A stretch of 64,000 nucleotides of DNA, from positions 26,107-90,106 of the forward strand of contig MFLE01000014.1 in assembly GCA_001781205.1 (NCBI GenBank), read 5' to 3'. This DNA comes from Candidatus Kaiserbacteria bacterium RIFCSPHIGHO2_02_FULL_49_34. Its GTDB lineage: Bacteria > Patescibacteriota > Minisyncoccia > Phycocordibacterales > UBA918. The notes beneath the pieces are model-generated. The model did not search any database, was not told the DNA's origin, and saw only the letters and a list, made by a program, of their open reading frames with translations. The number at the start of each line of letters is the position of its first letter. Positions within the stretch are counted from its first letter, which is position 1. Made by a program: the position numbers and the translations under genes. This document shows positions 30,115 to 40,699 of this stretch, piece by piece.

Positions 30115-31083
30115 CTACAAGACTTGCTGAAGGACCAATACTGCAACATAGCCAAAGTACATGCCGAGGAAGATGAGTCCCTGCCAGTGCTTGAGCATGT
30201 CGCGCTTCCCGAGGAACATGAAAAGGAAGAGGAGGATGCTTGCAACAAGAGCGACAAGGAGGTCGCGGGTGAACATTGCTGCAAATGGGAGCGGCGTTAC
30301 GATTGCGCTCACACCGAGGATCCAGAAAATATTGAATATGTTGGAGCCGACGATATTGCCGATGGCAATGTCGCTGTGGCGCTTCATTGTTGCAATGACC
30401 GAGGTCACAAGTTCTGGCAGTGACGTACCAATAGCGACAATCGTGAGACCGATGATTGATTGCGGAACATTGAGTGCTATTGCGAGAATAATGGCGTTAT
30501 CGACCGCAAGCTTACCACCAAAACCAAGGAGTGCGGCACCAAAAAGTATTGCGACGGCTGCTTTTCCTCCGGTATACTTTTGTTCTACATCTTCGCCGAC
30601 AGCATCATCCTTACGTGCGCGACGGCTGAGTTCAAAGATGTAGTAGAGGAAAATGCTAAAGAAACAAAGCAGTGCTAATCCATCAGAGCGACTAATCATT
30701 GATACACCACCATCGAAGAACGCATCATTCGCTAAGAACCCCAACGCAATCGTCGCAAGTATTGCAAGCGGAATTTCTTTGCTGACTGTACCCTTTGAAA
30801 CGGAGAGTGGATAGATTGCCGAACAAATACCGAGCACAAGGAGGATGTTAGTAATGTTTGAGCCAAGGATGTTTCCAATTGCCAAGTCTGTGCTACCACC
30901 CCCTGCCGCAAACAGGTTCACCACAAGCTCTGGAAGCGAGGTACCAATCGAAACAAGAGTAAGTCCAATTACAATCGGCGGAATACGCCAAATCCGCGCA
31001 ATGCTTACTGATCCATCAACAAAAAGTCCGCCACCTTTCACAAGCAAAGCTAGCCCAACACAGAGTAATATAAAAGAAATCAT
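30115..31083 (-). CDS. Ca2+/Na+ antiporter (YrbG/CaCA family)
   Basis: Duplicated alpha repeats GTSLPE..GNILGSN / GNIVGSN. Confidence 0.92.
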   Translation of the reverse strand: MISFILLCVGLALLVKGGGLFVDGSVSIARIWRIPPIVIGLTLVSIGTSLPELVVNLFAAGGGSTDLAIGNILGSNITNILLVLGICSAIYPLSVSKGTVSKEIPLAILATIALGFLANDAFFDGGVSMISRSDGLALLCFFSIFLYYIFELSRRARKDDAVGEDVEQKYTGGKAAVAILFGAALLGFGGKLAVDNAIILAIALNVPQSIIGLTIVAIGTSLPELVTSVIATMKRHSDIAIGNIVGSNIFNIFWILGVSAIVTPLPFAAMFTRDLLVALVASILLFLFMFLGKRDMLKHWQGLIFLGMYFGYVAVLVLQQVL

Positions 31084-31155
31084 GACGGGCAGTATAGCAT
31101 GGCGGCACCTATATATTCACTAGACAATTCGCAAAACACCCCCACTGAAAAATCC

Positions 31156-31183
31156 TTGACAATATTTTATTTTGTGGGACAAT
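31156..31183 (+). promoter_or_regulatory. Putative sigma70 promoter of tmRNA
   Basis: TTGACA (31156-61), 16-nt spacer, GACAAT, ending 8 nt before the tmRNA 5' end. Confidence 0.55.
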
Positions 31184-31191
31184 GCGGGCAC

Positions 31192-31591
31192 GGGGATGAC
31201 AGGCTTTGACGGTTACGGTCCGTGCGAATGGCGCGTGTCGAAGATGGTGTTGTGCTTCGTAAAAACACACCAACCCTTAATTGCAAAAGCAATCAAGAGT
31301 CCTTACGCTCCAGCGTACGGATACGCATACGCTGCATAGGTTGAGCCGTTAGGCTCCCTCGCACGTTGCGCGTTACGCTTCGTTCGTCATATCTCGAAGC
31401 AGTGGCGTTATATCGATATGACTCGGCAGGAGCACGGCGTTCTACGCGCTCCACTTAAAAAGCAAGAACTGCACTTCGCCTTCTCGTTCACTCTCTCGAA
31501 AGCGAAGTTAAGCCCCAAGAGTGTCCTACACACGTAGACACCCTCGCACACCATAATTCGGACGAGAGTTCAATTCTCTCCATCTCCACCA
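31192..31591 (+). ncRNA. ssrA: tmRNA (one-piece)
   Basis: 5' GGGGATGAC..TTTGAC; 3' T-arm GAGAGTTCAATTCTCTC and CATCTCCACCA; tag ORF 31283-31339 AKAIKSPYAPAYGYAYAA-stop; smpB 1.6 kb away; terminator follows. Confidence 0.93.
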
Positions 31592-31632
31592 TAAAAAGCG
31601 CCTTACCAAAGGCGTTTTTTTGTAACTATGTC

Positions 31633-32760
31633 CTACGCGTGTGACTGCCACGCATCGAGCATTGCTTCGTATTCGTTGATGTGGACGATGGCGATTTTTG
31701 TTTTGCTTGTTGCGGTGTTTAGAAGCGTATCGTTTTGATTGTCGGCGTGTGCTGTGTTTTTTTCTGTGTCGAGTTCGATGCCGATGCCTGCAAGCGGCGA
31801 AAGTATGCGCTCGCGCATTATTGTTGAACGTTCAGATACAGTGCCAGAAAATATGATGAGGTCAGCGCCACCGAGTGTAGCGAGTGCTCCGCCGATATAG
31901 TGGCGGACGCGGTACGCGTAGGCGTCGAGAGCTTCTTTTGCTTCTAGGCTGCCGTTCTCTTCGAGCGTTATGAGTGTGCGAATGTCGTCAGAACCTCCAA
32001 TTCCTTTGAGTCCTGATTCGGTATTGAGGTACGAACGCATAGATGCAGGCGTCATCCCCTTCGCTTCCATGAGGGCGAGCACGGCACCAGGATCAATAGC
32101 ACCAACGCGTGTTGCCATAATAAGCCCGTCGAGTGGCGTTGTTCCCATTGAGGTATCTACAGACGTTCCGTCACGCACAGCAGTCACACTTCCGCCGCCG
32201 CCGAGGTGACACACAATTACTCGTGAAGGGAGCGTGCCGCAAAGCAAAGTTCCCCGCGAGAGCGCAGATGAGATTGCTAATCCGTGGTAGCCAAACTTAC
32301 GAATATCATAGGTCTCAGCATCGCTGCGCGGAATTGCATAGCGTGCAATATATTCAGGAATCGTTGCATGAAAGGCGGTGTCGGATATGCCGATGAACTC
32401 TGCATCGGGAAGTATACTTTGCAGACGCGTCAATTCTTCGTGTTGTGCGTGCACATGCAGTGGCGCAACACGCTCTGCCTCCGTCAGCTTCATAATATAT
32501 TCGTCATCAATCACCCGATGCGTTTGAAAATAACGCCCCGATGCAACAATGCGCATGAGCACCGTATCAATAGAAGCCGCATGCACGCCTTCCTTTTCGA
32601 GCGACTCGATAAAAACATGATGCGCACGGTCATACTCCTGCGCAGGAAGCTCACTCGCCTCATAATGCGCCACGGTACGTACACGAAACACGCCAGCATC
32701 ATCTTTCTCCGCAAGCGCATATTTCTTTGACGCGCTCCCAATATTTGCAAGAAGTATCAT
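31633..32760 (-). CDS. ackA: Acetate kinase
   Basis: NIGSASKK, DTAFH, RKFGYHG, VCHLGGGGS, TSMGTTPLDGL. Confidence 0.92.
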   Translation of the reverse strand: MILLANIGSASKKYALAEKDDAGVFRVRTVAHYEASELPAQEYDRAHHVFIESLEKEGVHAASIDTVLMRIVASGRYFQTHRVIDDEYIMKLTEAERVAPLHVHAQHEELTRLQSILPDAEFIGISDTAFHATIPEYIARYAIPRSDAETYDIRKFGYHGLAISSALSRGTLLCGTLPSRVIVCHLGGGGSVTAVRDGTSVDTSMGTTPLDGLIMATRVGAIDPGAVLALMEAKGMTPASMRSYLNTESGLKGIGGSDDIRTLITLEENGSLEAKEALDAYAYRVRHYIGGALATLGGADLIIFSGTVSERSTIMRERILSPLAGIGIELDTEKNTAHADNQNDTLLNTATSKTKIAIVHINEYEAMLDAWQSHA

Positions 32761-32832
32761 GACACCATACTACCATTCTTTTTGGTAAGAACGGTAGTTG
32801 ACTTTCATGTGTTGTGCTATGCTTATCAACAT

Positions 32833-33246
32833 ATGTTACATACAAAAGCAAAAGGTATGCTTGATGAATTCAAAGCATTCGCCATGAAGGGCGACGTTGT
32901 TGACCTTGCGGTGGCAGTTGTTATTGGTGGTGCGTTTGGGAAGATCGTCTCGTCACTCGCAAGCGACATTATCATGCCTGCAGTTGGTGTACTGGCAGGT
33001 GGTATAAACTTTACGGAGTTACGCTTGACCGTTGGCGCAGCAGAAATAAAATACGGCATCTTCATCCAGTCAATCATTGATTTTACCATCATTGCCTTTG
33101 CGCTCTTCTTTGCCATTAAGATACTTGCGCGCCTTAAGAAAAAAGAGGCAGTAGTACCTATGTCTGATACGGTGGCTGAAATTAAGGAGGAGGTACGTGA
33201 GGAAGTATTGCTTCTTCGAGAAATTCGCGATACTCTCCAGAAATAA
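32833..33246 (+). CDS. mscL: Large-conductance mechanosensitive channel
   Basis: EFKAFAMKGDVVDLAVAVVIGGAFGKIV; LLREIRD. Confidence 0.95.
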   Translation: MLHTKAKGMLDEFKAFAMKGDVVDLAVAVVIGGAFGKIVSSLASDIIMPAVGVLAGGINFTELRLTVGAAEIKYGIFIQSIIDFTIIAFALFFAIKILARLKKKEAVVPMSDTVAEIKEEVREEVLLLREIRDTLQK

Positions 33247-33328
33247 CCGCAACGTTGACATTTCTTAGAAACAAAAACAGGAAAAATTCCTGTTTTTTCT
33301 CTATAGCATAATGACTATGTCCGCACAC

Positions 33329-34033
33329 CTATTCCTCCGAGTTATCTACACAGAGATTATTGATGTGCTCTATAAATATTTTGAAGGATGGAGATTTGCT
33401 ACATGCCAATTCTATGTTGATCTGACCGCCAAATAGCTGCCCTTGTCCTATTCTTTGTCCACAATATTCTGCTGTCAGAATTTCATCAAGGACACCTTTC
33501 GGATCTGGGATCTCGTCAGTATCTTGAAGTGCTCTTAAGCGTGTTAATTCAACATCTTTTGAAGCATCAAAACAATCCTCTTCAAATGTTGAACCTGCGA
33601 GAAACCATGATTCCACTTCTTGTTTTGCTATATGCACAGATTGGTTGATGTCGGCAAATGCGCTATTACATGCGTTTAGAAATGCTTGTTTTCTTTTTTC
33701 AATATCTCCCTCTGAAAGTGAGTCGCGGTCTGAGATAAGAATAACCTCTGCCTGATGGCTAGCAAGACCATACATGCTTATCTTTGAGTTCAAGAGTAGT
33801 CGCGCCTTTCTATATATTCTGGATTTCTCCATCTCGTTCCAGCCACCAGAACTATTACTTCCTGGATGTCCAATTACTGCATAGGAATCTGACGATGTAC
33901 TTTTAATTAAGAAATACTCATTCTTACTACCTGCATCAGTAAATCCGTAATGAGAAATGAGTAATGACTTAACAAATTCTCTCGTTGTTGCATCTTCCAG
34001 AATAAACAGTATGACTATTGGATTTTTTATCAT
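33329..34033 (-). CDS. TOPRIM-like (DUF4276-type) putative nuclease partner
   Basis: ILFILED, ISDRD (DxD), QEVESWFL, SPSF motifs; AT-rich. Confidence 0.6.
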   Translation of the reverse strand: MIKNPIVILFILEDATTREFVKSLLISHYGFTDAGSKNEYFLIKSTSSDSYAVIGHPGSNSSGGWNEMEKSRIYRKARLLLNSKISMYGLASHQAEVILISDRDSLSEGDIEKRKQAFLNACNSAFADINQSVHIAKQEVESWFLAGSTFEEDCFDASKDVELTRLRALQDTDEIPDPKGVLDEILTAEYCGQRIGQGQLFGGQINIELACSKSPSFKIFIEHINNLCVDNSEE

Positions 34034-34038
34034 ACTGA

Positions 34039-35412
34039 TTATTTCTTATTTGTAGCATCTGTAGGAAATATGTCATCCAACGTGCCATCACTAAATAATT
34101 CAGAATTACGCATCTCTTCTAACCAGCTCGTATCTCCAGGAATTTTTGAGATAATATCTGCATACGTATACATATTTGAATTACAGCTCTCTCGCTTGCC
34201 GTTTACAAAATGTGTATCTTTAAGCCAAAACAATTCATCACGAGTAAACCTATCTATAAAATGCGGCGAATGCGTTGTGATAAAAATCTGTACTTTGGAC
34301 GCTATGCCACGCAACACCTCTACGTACTTTTCAGTAAGTGATGGATGAATTATTGATTCAACTTCATCAAAAAGCATCACGCTCGGCATTCTATAGCTCC
34401 TTGCAGAGGTATCTAAAAAAATCCAATTTTTAAGGGTTATGAAATAGAGGAGCACTACCGTACCTGCAGAAAGAGTTGCTATGCTCTTCGGCGATGCTGG
34501 TGACTCTATGAGAACTGTGCCTTTCGTGGGGAAGGAGCCCGATGTTGCAATTTCAACTTTTGTAAGAATATTTTCGGTATAAAGTGACAAATCGGAACAA
34601 TAACGCGCAAATGCTTTCTTGTCTCTCTGAATATCAGCGAGAAGATGTATAAACTTTGCTTTACTAAAACTAGATACAGACCAATCCTGTTCTTGTTTAT
34701 TTATTCTCTGCACAACCTGCTCTTGCTCTTCCTCTCCATATTTTTCAGTGACATAATTAAATATTTTGTTCGAACTAAATTCGTTATCGTTATCATCTAC
34801 CCAATTTGTATGGATTCTTTCACTGCATTCTTTATATATATCCATCAAAAACGGATTTCTAATCTCCTTCTCAGTCTCGCGAAGCTCATCTGCATTCTCT
34901 ATATTTTTCTTGAATTCACGCTGATACACCAACTCATTACTCACATTGAGTGCACTTTCTCTCATTTGCGAGACAATACCACTTCTTCTAGTCACTTCAT
35001 TAAAATCAGACTGATCGACTTCTTTCGTAGATTTTTTTCCACTATAGAAAAGTTCATATTTCTTTGAAGATCCTGTTTTTTCTATGGAATTAATAAATAT
35101 GAAGTCAGATATTGACATATGATCTAACTTAATTTTTGCGCTCTCCTCTATGCGATAATATGTTCTGGCTTCGCCTATATTACTCAATGTAATTTTAAAA
35201 TCAGTCTTCTTTTTTCCTGGACCATATGTCACAATATTATCGAAAAAGACATCAGTAAAATCATTACGGACCTCAGCTATATGTGAAAGCGCTTTAAGAA
35301 AGTTAGTTTTTCCGCTAGAATTTCTTCCTGTTATTATATTTATTGGACCAAACTCGCTTTCCACATTAAGCAAATTCCTAAAGTTCCTTATTTCAATATT
35401 TTTGATTTTCAT
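34039..35412 (-). CDS. ABC/SMC-like ATPase (AAA_15/AAA_21 type)
   Basis: MKIKNIEIRNFR, GRNSSGKTN, LSAGT, FDEVESIIHP, FITTHSP; AT-rich. Confidence 0.85.
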   Translation of the reverse strand: MKIKNIEIRNFRNLLNVESEFGPINIITGRNSSGKTNFLKALSHIAEVRNDFTDVFFDNIVTYGPGKKKTDFKITLSNIGEARTYYRIEESAKIKLDHMSISDFIFINSIEKTGSSKKYELFYSGKKSTKEVDQSDFNEVTRRSGIVSQMRESALNVSNELVYQREFKKNIENADELRETEKEIRNPFLMDIYKECSERIHTNWVDDNDNEFSSNKIFNYVTEKYGEEEQEQVVQRINKQEQDWSVSSFSKAKFIHLLADIQRDKKAFARYCSDLSLYTENILTKVEIATSGSFPTKGTVLIESPASPKSIATLSAGTVVLLYFITLKNWIFLDTSARSYRMPSVMLFDEVESIIHPSLTEKYVEVLRGIASKVQIFITTHSPHFIDRFTRDELFWLKDTHFVNGKRESCNSNMYTYADIISKIPGDTSWLEEMRNSELFSDGTLDDIFPTDATNKK

Positions 35413-35553
35413 AAATTTGAGCAGACCTATGTTTATATGTATAAAATGTACTCCTATATGTAGAAAAGTCAAGTTAAATATCCATATATCAATATTATCA
35501 TTCAGAAATCTTCGTTAAACCGCTGACATGCAGCGTTTTTTGTGGCTCTTCTA

Positions 35554-37920
35554 CTATTTTGTGCGTGGCGTCCATGTCCAGGCGTCGATTTCTTCGGGGT
35601 CGATCGCGTTTTCTATTATGTAGGCGCGGTGGTCGGTTAGTTTTTTTCGATACTGTTTTATGAGTTCGTCGGCTTTTGTTCGGGCGACGACGCCCGCGGT
35701 AACCATTTCTTCCCAGACTTCGATCGCGAGACTGTAGCGATCGGTGTTGTTGCGGATATGCATGTCGAACGGCGTTGTGGTTGAGCCGTTTTCTTCGTAG
35801 CCGTGTACGAGGAATCGTCGCCCACTCCCATTGCAGGCATAGTCGAAAAGCATTTGTTTGAGTGTTTGTGGGTATCCGTGGAAGTTGAAGAGGACTGGTT
35901 TGTCGTGCGTGAAATAGTCGTTGAAATTTGCGTGAGGAAGAGCGCATTCGCCCGAGCCGATACCGAGTGCGTTGAGGGTGATGATGTTCACAAAACGTAT
36001 GCGAACATTCGGTGTTTCTCGCTTCACGATGTCGAGTGCGGCGAGGCCTTCTTTGGTAAGGTAATCACCGATGGTTGCAATGATGATGTCGGGGCGGTCG
36101 TCGGATGCAAAGTCCCAGGTCATAATGCCGGCGTCGACTGCTTTCTGCGCCTCCGCGGGGGTGAGCCAGCGTGGTTCGAGCGTCTTCCCCGCGGTGATGA
36201 TGTTGATTTCTTGCGTTGAGGCGAGACATCGCTTGAGGCATGCGAGTGTGGTGTTGCCATCGGGTGGGTAGTAGGCATTCACGAAGCAGCCTTGGCGGTT
36301 GAGCATATCATCAACGAAGCCGGGGTTTTGATGCGAGAAGCCGTTGTGGTCTTGCCGCCAGCCTGATGAGGTGAGGATATAGTTGAGTGACGGAACTTTG
36401 CCACGCCATGAAACACTGCGGGCGATTTTCAAAAACTTTGCGTACTGGTCTACCATCGAGACAACGATTTGGATAAATGCTTCGTATGAGGCAAAGATGC
36501 CGTGACGTCCCGTAAGCACATAGCCCATGTACATACCTTGGAGGGTATGTTCGGAAAGCATTTCCATGACTCGTCCGTCGGGGGCGAGGTCCTTATCCCA
36601 CGCTTCGCGCTTTCCTACCCATGCGCGAGAGGTCTTTGTAAAGACTTCATCGAGTTTGTTTGAGTAGGTTTCATCGGGAGAAAAGAGGCGGAAGTTTTTT
36701 GCCTCGCTATTGCGTGCGAATACTTCGGTGAGGTAGGCGCCTGTACGACGCATTGATGAGGAGCCTACCGTTCCCGGAACATTTGCGTCTTCGGTGTAGG
36801 TCTCGATGTCGGGGAGTTCGAGTGGCGTGTATGCTGGCGAGCCGCCGCGCGCGTGTTTGCTTGAACCCATACGAAGTTCGGCAGGCGGAATTATTGCGCG
36901 AATATCTTCGGCGAATGTGCCATCAGTAAACAGCTCAGGGAAATTATATGAACGGAGCCATGTTTCAAGTGCGGTGAGATGTGCAGGGTTTGTCGCCGCT
37001 TCTTTGGCAATGACTTGGTGTGACAAGTGATTTCCCTCGAGCTTTTCGCCGTCGAGCTCGGCAATACCTGTCCAGCCTTTTGGAGTGCGCAAGATAATCA
37101 TTGGCCATTTTGGCACTTCCGCAACCTGCGCCTCGCTACCGCGTGCTGCTGTTTGGATTGTATGAATCTGTGCGTGTGCGGCACGGAGCGTTGCTTGCAT
37201 TACGGCGTACACGTCGCGCGTATCAGCAGCATCAACAATGTAGACCGTGTAGCCGTAGCCGGTAAAGAGGTGGGAGAGCTCAGCATCCGTCATGCGGCCG
37301 TAAATAGTTGGACCTGAGATTTTATAGCCGTTCACATGCACAATCGGGAGCACGGCACCTGAAGTTTTTGGATCGACGAATTTATTGCAGTGCCACGCGG
37401 TTGCGGTCGGCCCTGTTTCTGCTTCGCCGTCGCCGATGAGTACGGCGGTGATGAGGTCGGGGTTATCGAGCACGGTGCCGTAAGCTGTTGCAAGTGCGTA
37501 GCCAAGTTCGCCGCCTTCAAGAATAACGCCTGGCGCTTCAGGGTTGCTATGTGACGGGTAGCCATACGGCCAGCTGAAATTACGACAAAGGTGCATGATG
37601 CCTTCTGTGGACACAGGAAGGTTTGCATCAACATCGCCGAGCGAACCTTCAAGAAAAAGGTTTGCTTGGAGCGCAGGAAAGCCGTGTCCCGGGCCGAGTA
37701 CAAACATCATTTGTTGCTCTTTTTCGCTAATGAGCGCATTCAACTGTGCATAGGTAAAGTTAATACCAGGGCACGTTCCCCAATGCCCCAAAAGACGAGG
37801 CTTCACATCGATGTGCGCAAGCGGCTTTTCTAAGAGCACATTGTCGCGTAAATAAATTTGTGCCGCTGAAAGATAATTTGCAGCACGAACATAACGTTTT
37901 AGAGCATCAGTTGATATCAT
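35554..37920 (-). CDS. xfp: Xylulose-5-phosphate/fructose-6-phosphate phosphoketolase
   Basis: KPRLLGHWGTCPG, GPGHG, GDGEAETGP, RQDHNGFSHQNPG; likely start MISTD at 37920. Confidence 0.96.
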   Translation of the reverse strand: MISTDALKRYVRAANYLSAAQIYLRDNVLLEKPLAHIDVKPRLLGHWGTCPGINFTYAQLNALISEKEQQMMFVLGPGHGFPALQANLFLEGSLGDVDANLPVSTEGIMHLCRNFSWPYGYPSHSNPEAPGVILEGGELGYALATAYGTVLDNPDLITAVLIGDGEAETGPTATAWHCNKFVDPKTSGAVLPIVHVNGYKISGPTIYGRMTDAELSHLFTGYGYTVYIVDAADTRDVYAVMQATLRAAHAQIHTIQTAARGSEAQVAEVPKWPMIILRTPKGWTGIAELDGEKLEGNHLSHQVIAKEAATNPAHLTALETWLRSYNFPELFTDGTFAEDIRAIIPPAELRMGSSKHARGGSPAYTPLELPDIETYTEDANVPGTVGSSSMRRTGAYLTEVFARNSEAKNFRLFSPDETYSNKLDEVFTKTSRAWVGKREAWDKDLAPDGRVMEMLSEHTLQGMYMGYVLTGRHGIFASYEAFIQIVVSMVDQYAKFLKIARSVSWRGKVPSLNYILTSSGWRQDHNGFSHQNPGFVDDMLNRQGCFVNAYYPPDGNTTLACLKRCLASTQEINIITAGKTLEPRWLTPAEAQKAVDAGIMTWDFASDDRPDIIIATIGDYLTKEGLAALDIVKRETPNVRIRFVNIITLNALGIGSGECALPHANFNDYFTHDKPVLFNFHGYPQTLKQMLFDYACNGSGRRFLVHGYEENGSTTTPFDMHIRNNTDRYSLAIEVWEEMVTAGVVARTKADELIKQYRKKLTDHRAYIIENAIDPEEIDAWTWTPRTK

Positions 37921-38073
37921 GTGCGCAGTATACCACCAGACACCAAAATCAGTGAGATTCAAAAAAACCGCGAGCGCTATCTCGTGGTTTTTTAGAACAC
38001 TATTCAGAACAATCTAATTCTTTTAAAATTTACTTCAACCAGTGCAGATGGACCAATTTTGAAAGAATTAGGA

Positions 38074-38727
38074 TTAGTCGATGATTTGGAGATTAGTACC
38101 CACTTCGTAGAGGTCAGTACTGTTACCGCCATCAGTTGCCATCTTATTGGTGCCACCCTGGTCACCTGCAGTGTCGCCATAGGCAATACTTTCAAGACGT
38201 GCCGTCATTTCAAACGCAAGTGGTGCATTTGAACATGCGTAGCGGTAAACCATAGTCGTTGATGCAAGAGTACCGGTCGTGAGGGCTGTAGTATCCTGTG
38301 CGGGATCAAGCGGAAGTGCTGCAAGTGGCGAACCGCCAGCAATACCACCAAAATCTACAGGAATCCAACCAAGACCGGTGCCGTCTCCGTTTCCTACTGT
38401 TGTGTCAGCGCTTCCAACATAGGTTACGCCACTAACCGCTGCTCCTGTGATTGGCTTACTAAGATACACTTGCCCTGGCGCTGCATTTGGTGCTGGGAAA
38501 CAGGTGCCGAGCGATGGGTTTGGTGTCACTGTCATATACATCGCAATAGCAGTACGTACTGATGAGAGATCAGAGAGGCGCTGCACGTCACGTGCGCGGC
38601 GGAGTGTTTCCACTGGGTTAATAACAATAACGAGTATGGTCGCGAGAATGGCAATAATCGCGATCACAATGAGGAGCTCGAGCAGGGTGAAGCCCTTGGC
38701 TGTTGAAGTTGATGATGTTGAACGCAT
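38074..38727 (-). CDS. Type IV pilin / pseudopilin
   Basis: KG-FTLLELLIVIAIIAIL N-methylation motif. Confidence 0.9.
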   Translation of the reverse strand: MRSTSSTSTAKGFTLLELLIVIAIIAILATILVIVINPVETLRRARDVQRLSDLSSVRTAIAMYMTVTPNPSLGTCFPAPNAAPGQVYLSKPITGAAVSGVTYVGSADTTVGNGDGTGLGWIPVDFGGIAGGSPLAALPLDPAQDTTALTTGTLASTTMVYRYACSNAPLAFEMTARLESIAYGDTAGDQGGTNKMATDGGNSTDLYEVGTNLQIID

Positions 38728-38820
38728 AAATATAGATTAATTAATAGTTGCCAGTTCGCGGCAATACAAAGAGTATACTACACCTTTCTAAAAATAACCT
38801 GTGGATAACGCCTTTAGCTG

Positions 38821-39037
38821 AGAAATTAAACGTAACACTACTGGGAGGTTTCTATTTTTCAGGACAACAAAAGAACAATAGTGAACACTGCTTAGCAGCC
38901 TGGATCCCGTCAGGATGACAAAAGTTTGATGCAATGTTTAAAATTAATGAATGGTTAAAATCGATTTTAACCATTCATTAATTTTAAACCACATTCCCTC
39001 CTTTTGTCATCCTGACGGGATCCAGCGCTAGGGCAAG
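38821..39037. repeat. Palindromic intergenic element family A, copy 2
   Basis: 25-bp perfect inverted repeat 38900-38924/39001-39025; 54-bp perfect palindrome 38936-38989; tail shared with copy 1. Confidence 0.9.
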
Positions 39038-39154
39038 AGGTGAGATAGCTCTCCATATGTTAGATTCATAATTCTCTAGAATTGTTACATTAATTTCTTG
39101 AGGTCAGAAGATATCCACACATCGTTTTTTCGAAATGACGGTATACTAGTCGTG

Positions 39155-40564
39155 ATGAGTTTCTTTGCGCACTTTATACGAGACGAACGGATTACCGCAC
39201 TCCACATTGCAGAAGACGCAGTGTCTGCACTTTCATTTACGCATACCACAAAACAGCTCAGTGCTATCCGCATCACGCGCATCCCCCTTGCCGCAGGCGT
39301 AATTATCGAAGGTCGCGTCGCAGACCCGACGGCACTCTCTCGCGTCTTGCGCGACCTTCGTATCAAAAACAAGGCATACCGCCACGTTGTTGTCGCGCTT
39401 CCGCATGCGGCAATTTTCACCAAAGCAGTTATCTTTCCCGAAACACTCGACGCAGAAAATGACGCCGCACGCCTCCTTGAAACAGCAAACCTTTCACTTG
39501 AGTGGAATATCCCCTTCCATCCTAACGAACGCTTCGCCGATGTTGATATCCTCCATGAACCAGTCTCAGGCATGCATATTCATGCCATTGCAGCCGAACA
39601 TGCCACCCCCTATATTACCGCACTCGAAAACGCCGGCTTCAAACTTGTTGCCCTCGAATCTGAACACGACGCTATTGCACGTGCCGCAGAGCGGGGTGCA
39701 CACGTCATCACGTCCTTTACCAGTCCCACCTACGAAAATATCCTTGCCTGCCGCGACGGCTTTGCCCTCCTCTCAAGTACTCACGCACTGGGCGCATTCC
39801 CCACAAAAACCGCACGAACAAATGCAGTGAAGCGTGCCGCAGAATTTGTCGCATCACGGTTTGGCAAGCGTCCGGTGGTTAAGGTCTTCGAGAAACTCCC
39901 CCTTCTCGAAGAAGTGAAAAAGATTATCGATGCTCGCAACGATATCTCACTCATACCACTCCTTGGTGTCGCACTCCGTGCACGTACCGCACGCCGCGAC
40001 GATGTCGCTGCAAGCCTCCTCCCTATCGGCACGGAAGAAGCCTACGAATACCAAAAACTCGAAGCATTCATCGGCGGACTTGGCACACTTACCCTCCTCA
40101 CCGCACTCATCATTACCGGCGCCGCAATCTCTGCATGGTACGGTGTCCGTACACAGCTCGCGACAATTCCTCGAGGCGACCTCTTCACCGAAACATTCTC
40201 AGTCGACACCGCACTTACGGAAGAGCGTGCAAACTACGAACGATGGAGCGCGGTTATTGCCACCGTTGGCCCCCTTGCAACCGAAGAAACTTCCTTCGCA
40301 CGCATGACCGCCTTCATTCGAACATACGCCATCAGCGGCATCTCAATCCGTGATGTATCTGCCGACGCAACCACCGTTCGTCTTGGCGGCGTCGCTCGTA
40401 GTCGAACCCACCTCAACACATTCCGCGACGCGCTCAAGAGTGCGGAAGAAGTCGCAACCGTAGAACTCCCTATTACCGACGCCGAACTCCGCGGTGACAT
40501 CCCGTTCCAAATGACCATTACCTTTAAGCCTGCTGTTTGGCAATCCTGGGTACCCAATAACTAA
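39155..40564 (+). CDS. PilM-PilN-like fusion (type IV pilus alignment complex)
   Basis: PilM-like GVIIEGRVADP..ALENAGFKLVALESE, a TM, then PilN-like VRLGGVARSR..FRDALK. Confidence 0.7.
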   Translation: MSFFAHFIRDERITALHIAEDAVSALSFTHTTKQLSAIRITRIPLAAGVIIEGRVADPTALSRVLRDLRIKNKAYRHVVVALPHAAIFTKAVIFPETLDAENDAARLLETANLSLEWNIPFHPNERFADVDILHEPVSGMHIHAIAAEHATPYITALENAGFKLVALESEHDAIARAAERGAHVITSFTSPTYENILACRDGFALLSSTHALGAFPTKTARTNAVKRAAEFVASRFGKRPVVKVFEKLPLLEEVKKIIDARNDISLIPLLGVALRARTARRDDVAASLLPIGTEEAYEYQKLEAFIGGLGTLTLLTALIITGAAISAWYGVRTQLATIPRGDLFTETFSVDTALTEERANYERWSAVIATVGPLATEETSFARMTAFIRTYAISGISIRDVSADATTVRLGGVARSRTHLNTFRDALKSAEEVATVELPITDAELRGDIPFQMTITFKPAVWQSWVPNN

Positions 40565-40685
40565 CTTCTTTCAAAATGGGATGAAATTGCGTTGGTTGGA
40601 GCAAAATTTTGACGGAGCCGTACCCAATGTACGGTGAGGGCAAAATTTTGCGAAACCAATGCAAGTTTGCCCATTTTGAAAGAAG
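40565..40685. repeat. Structured palindromic element family B, copy 1
   Basis: CTTCTTTCAAAATGGG/CCCATTTTGAAAGAAG outer stem; apical GAGCCGTAC-CCAAT-GTACGGTGAG. Confidence 0.85.
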
Positions 40686-40699
40686 CATTAAAGCAAAAT

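Noticed and set aside
31560-35500. Integrative element at the tmRNA 3' end carrying the AT-rich island
   Set aside because: No duplicated tmRNA 3' fragment or integrase was seen, and ackA and mscL lie between the tmRNA and the island.
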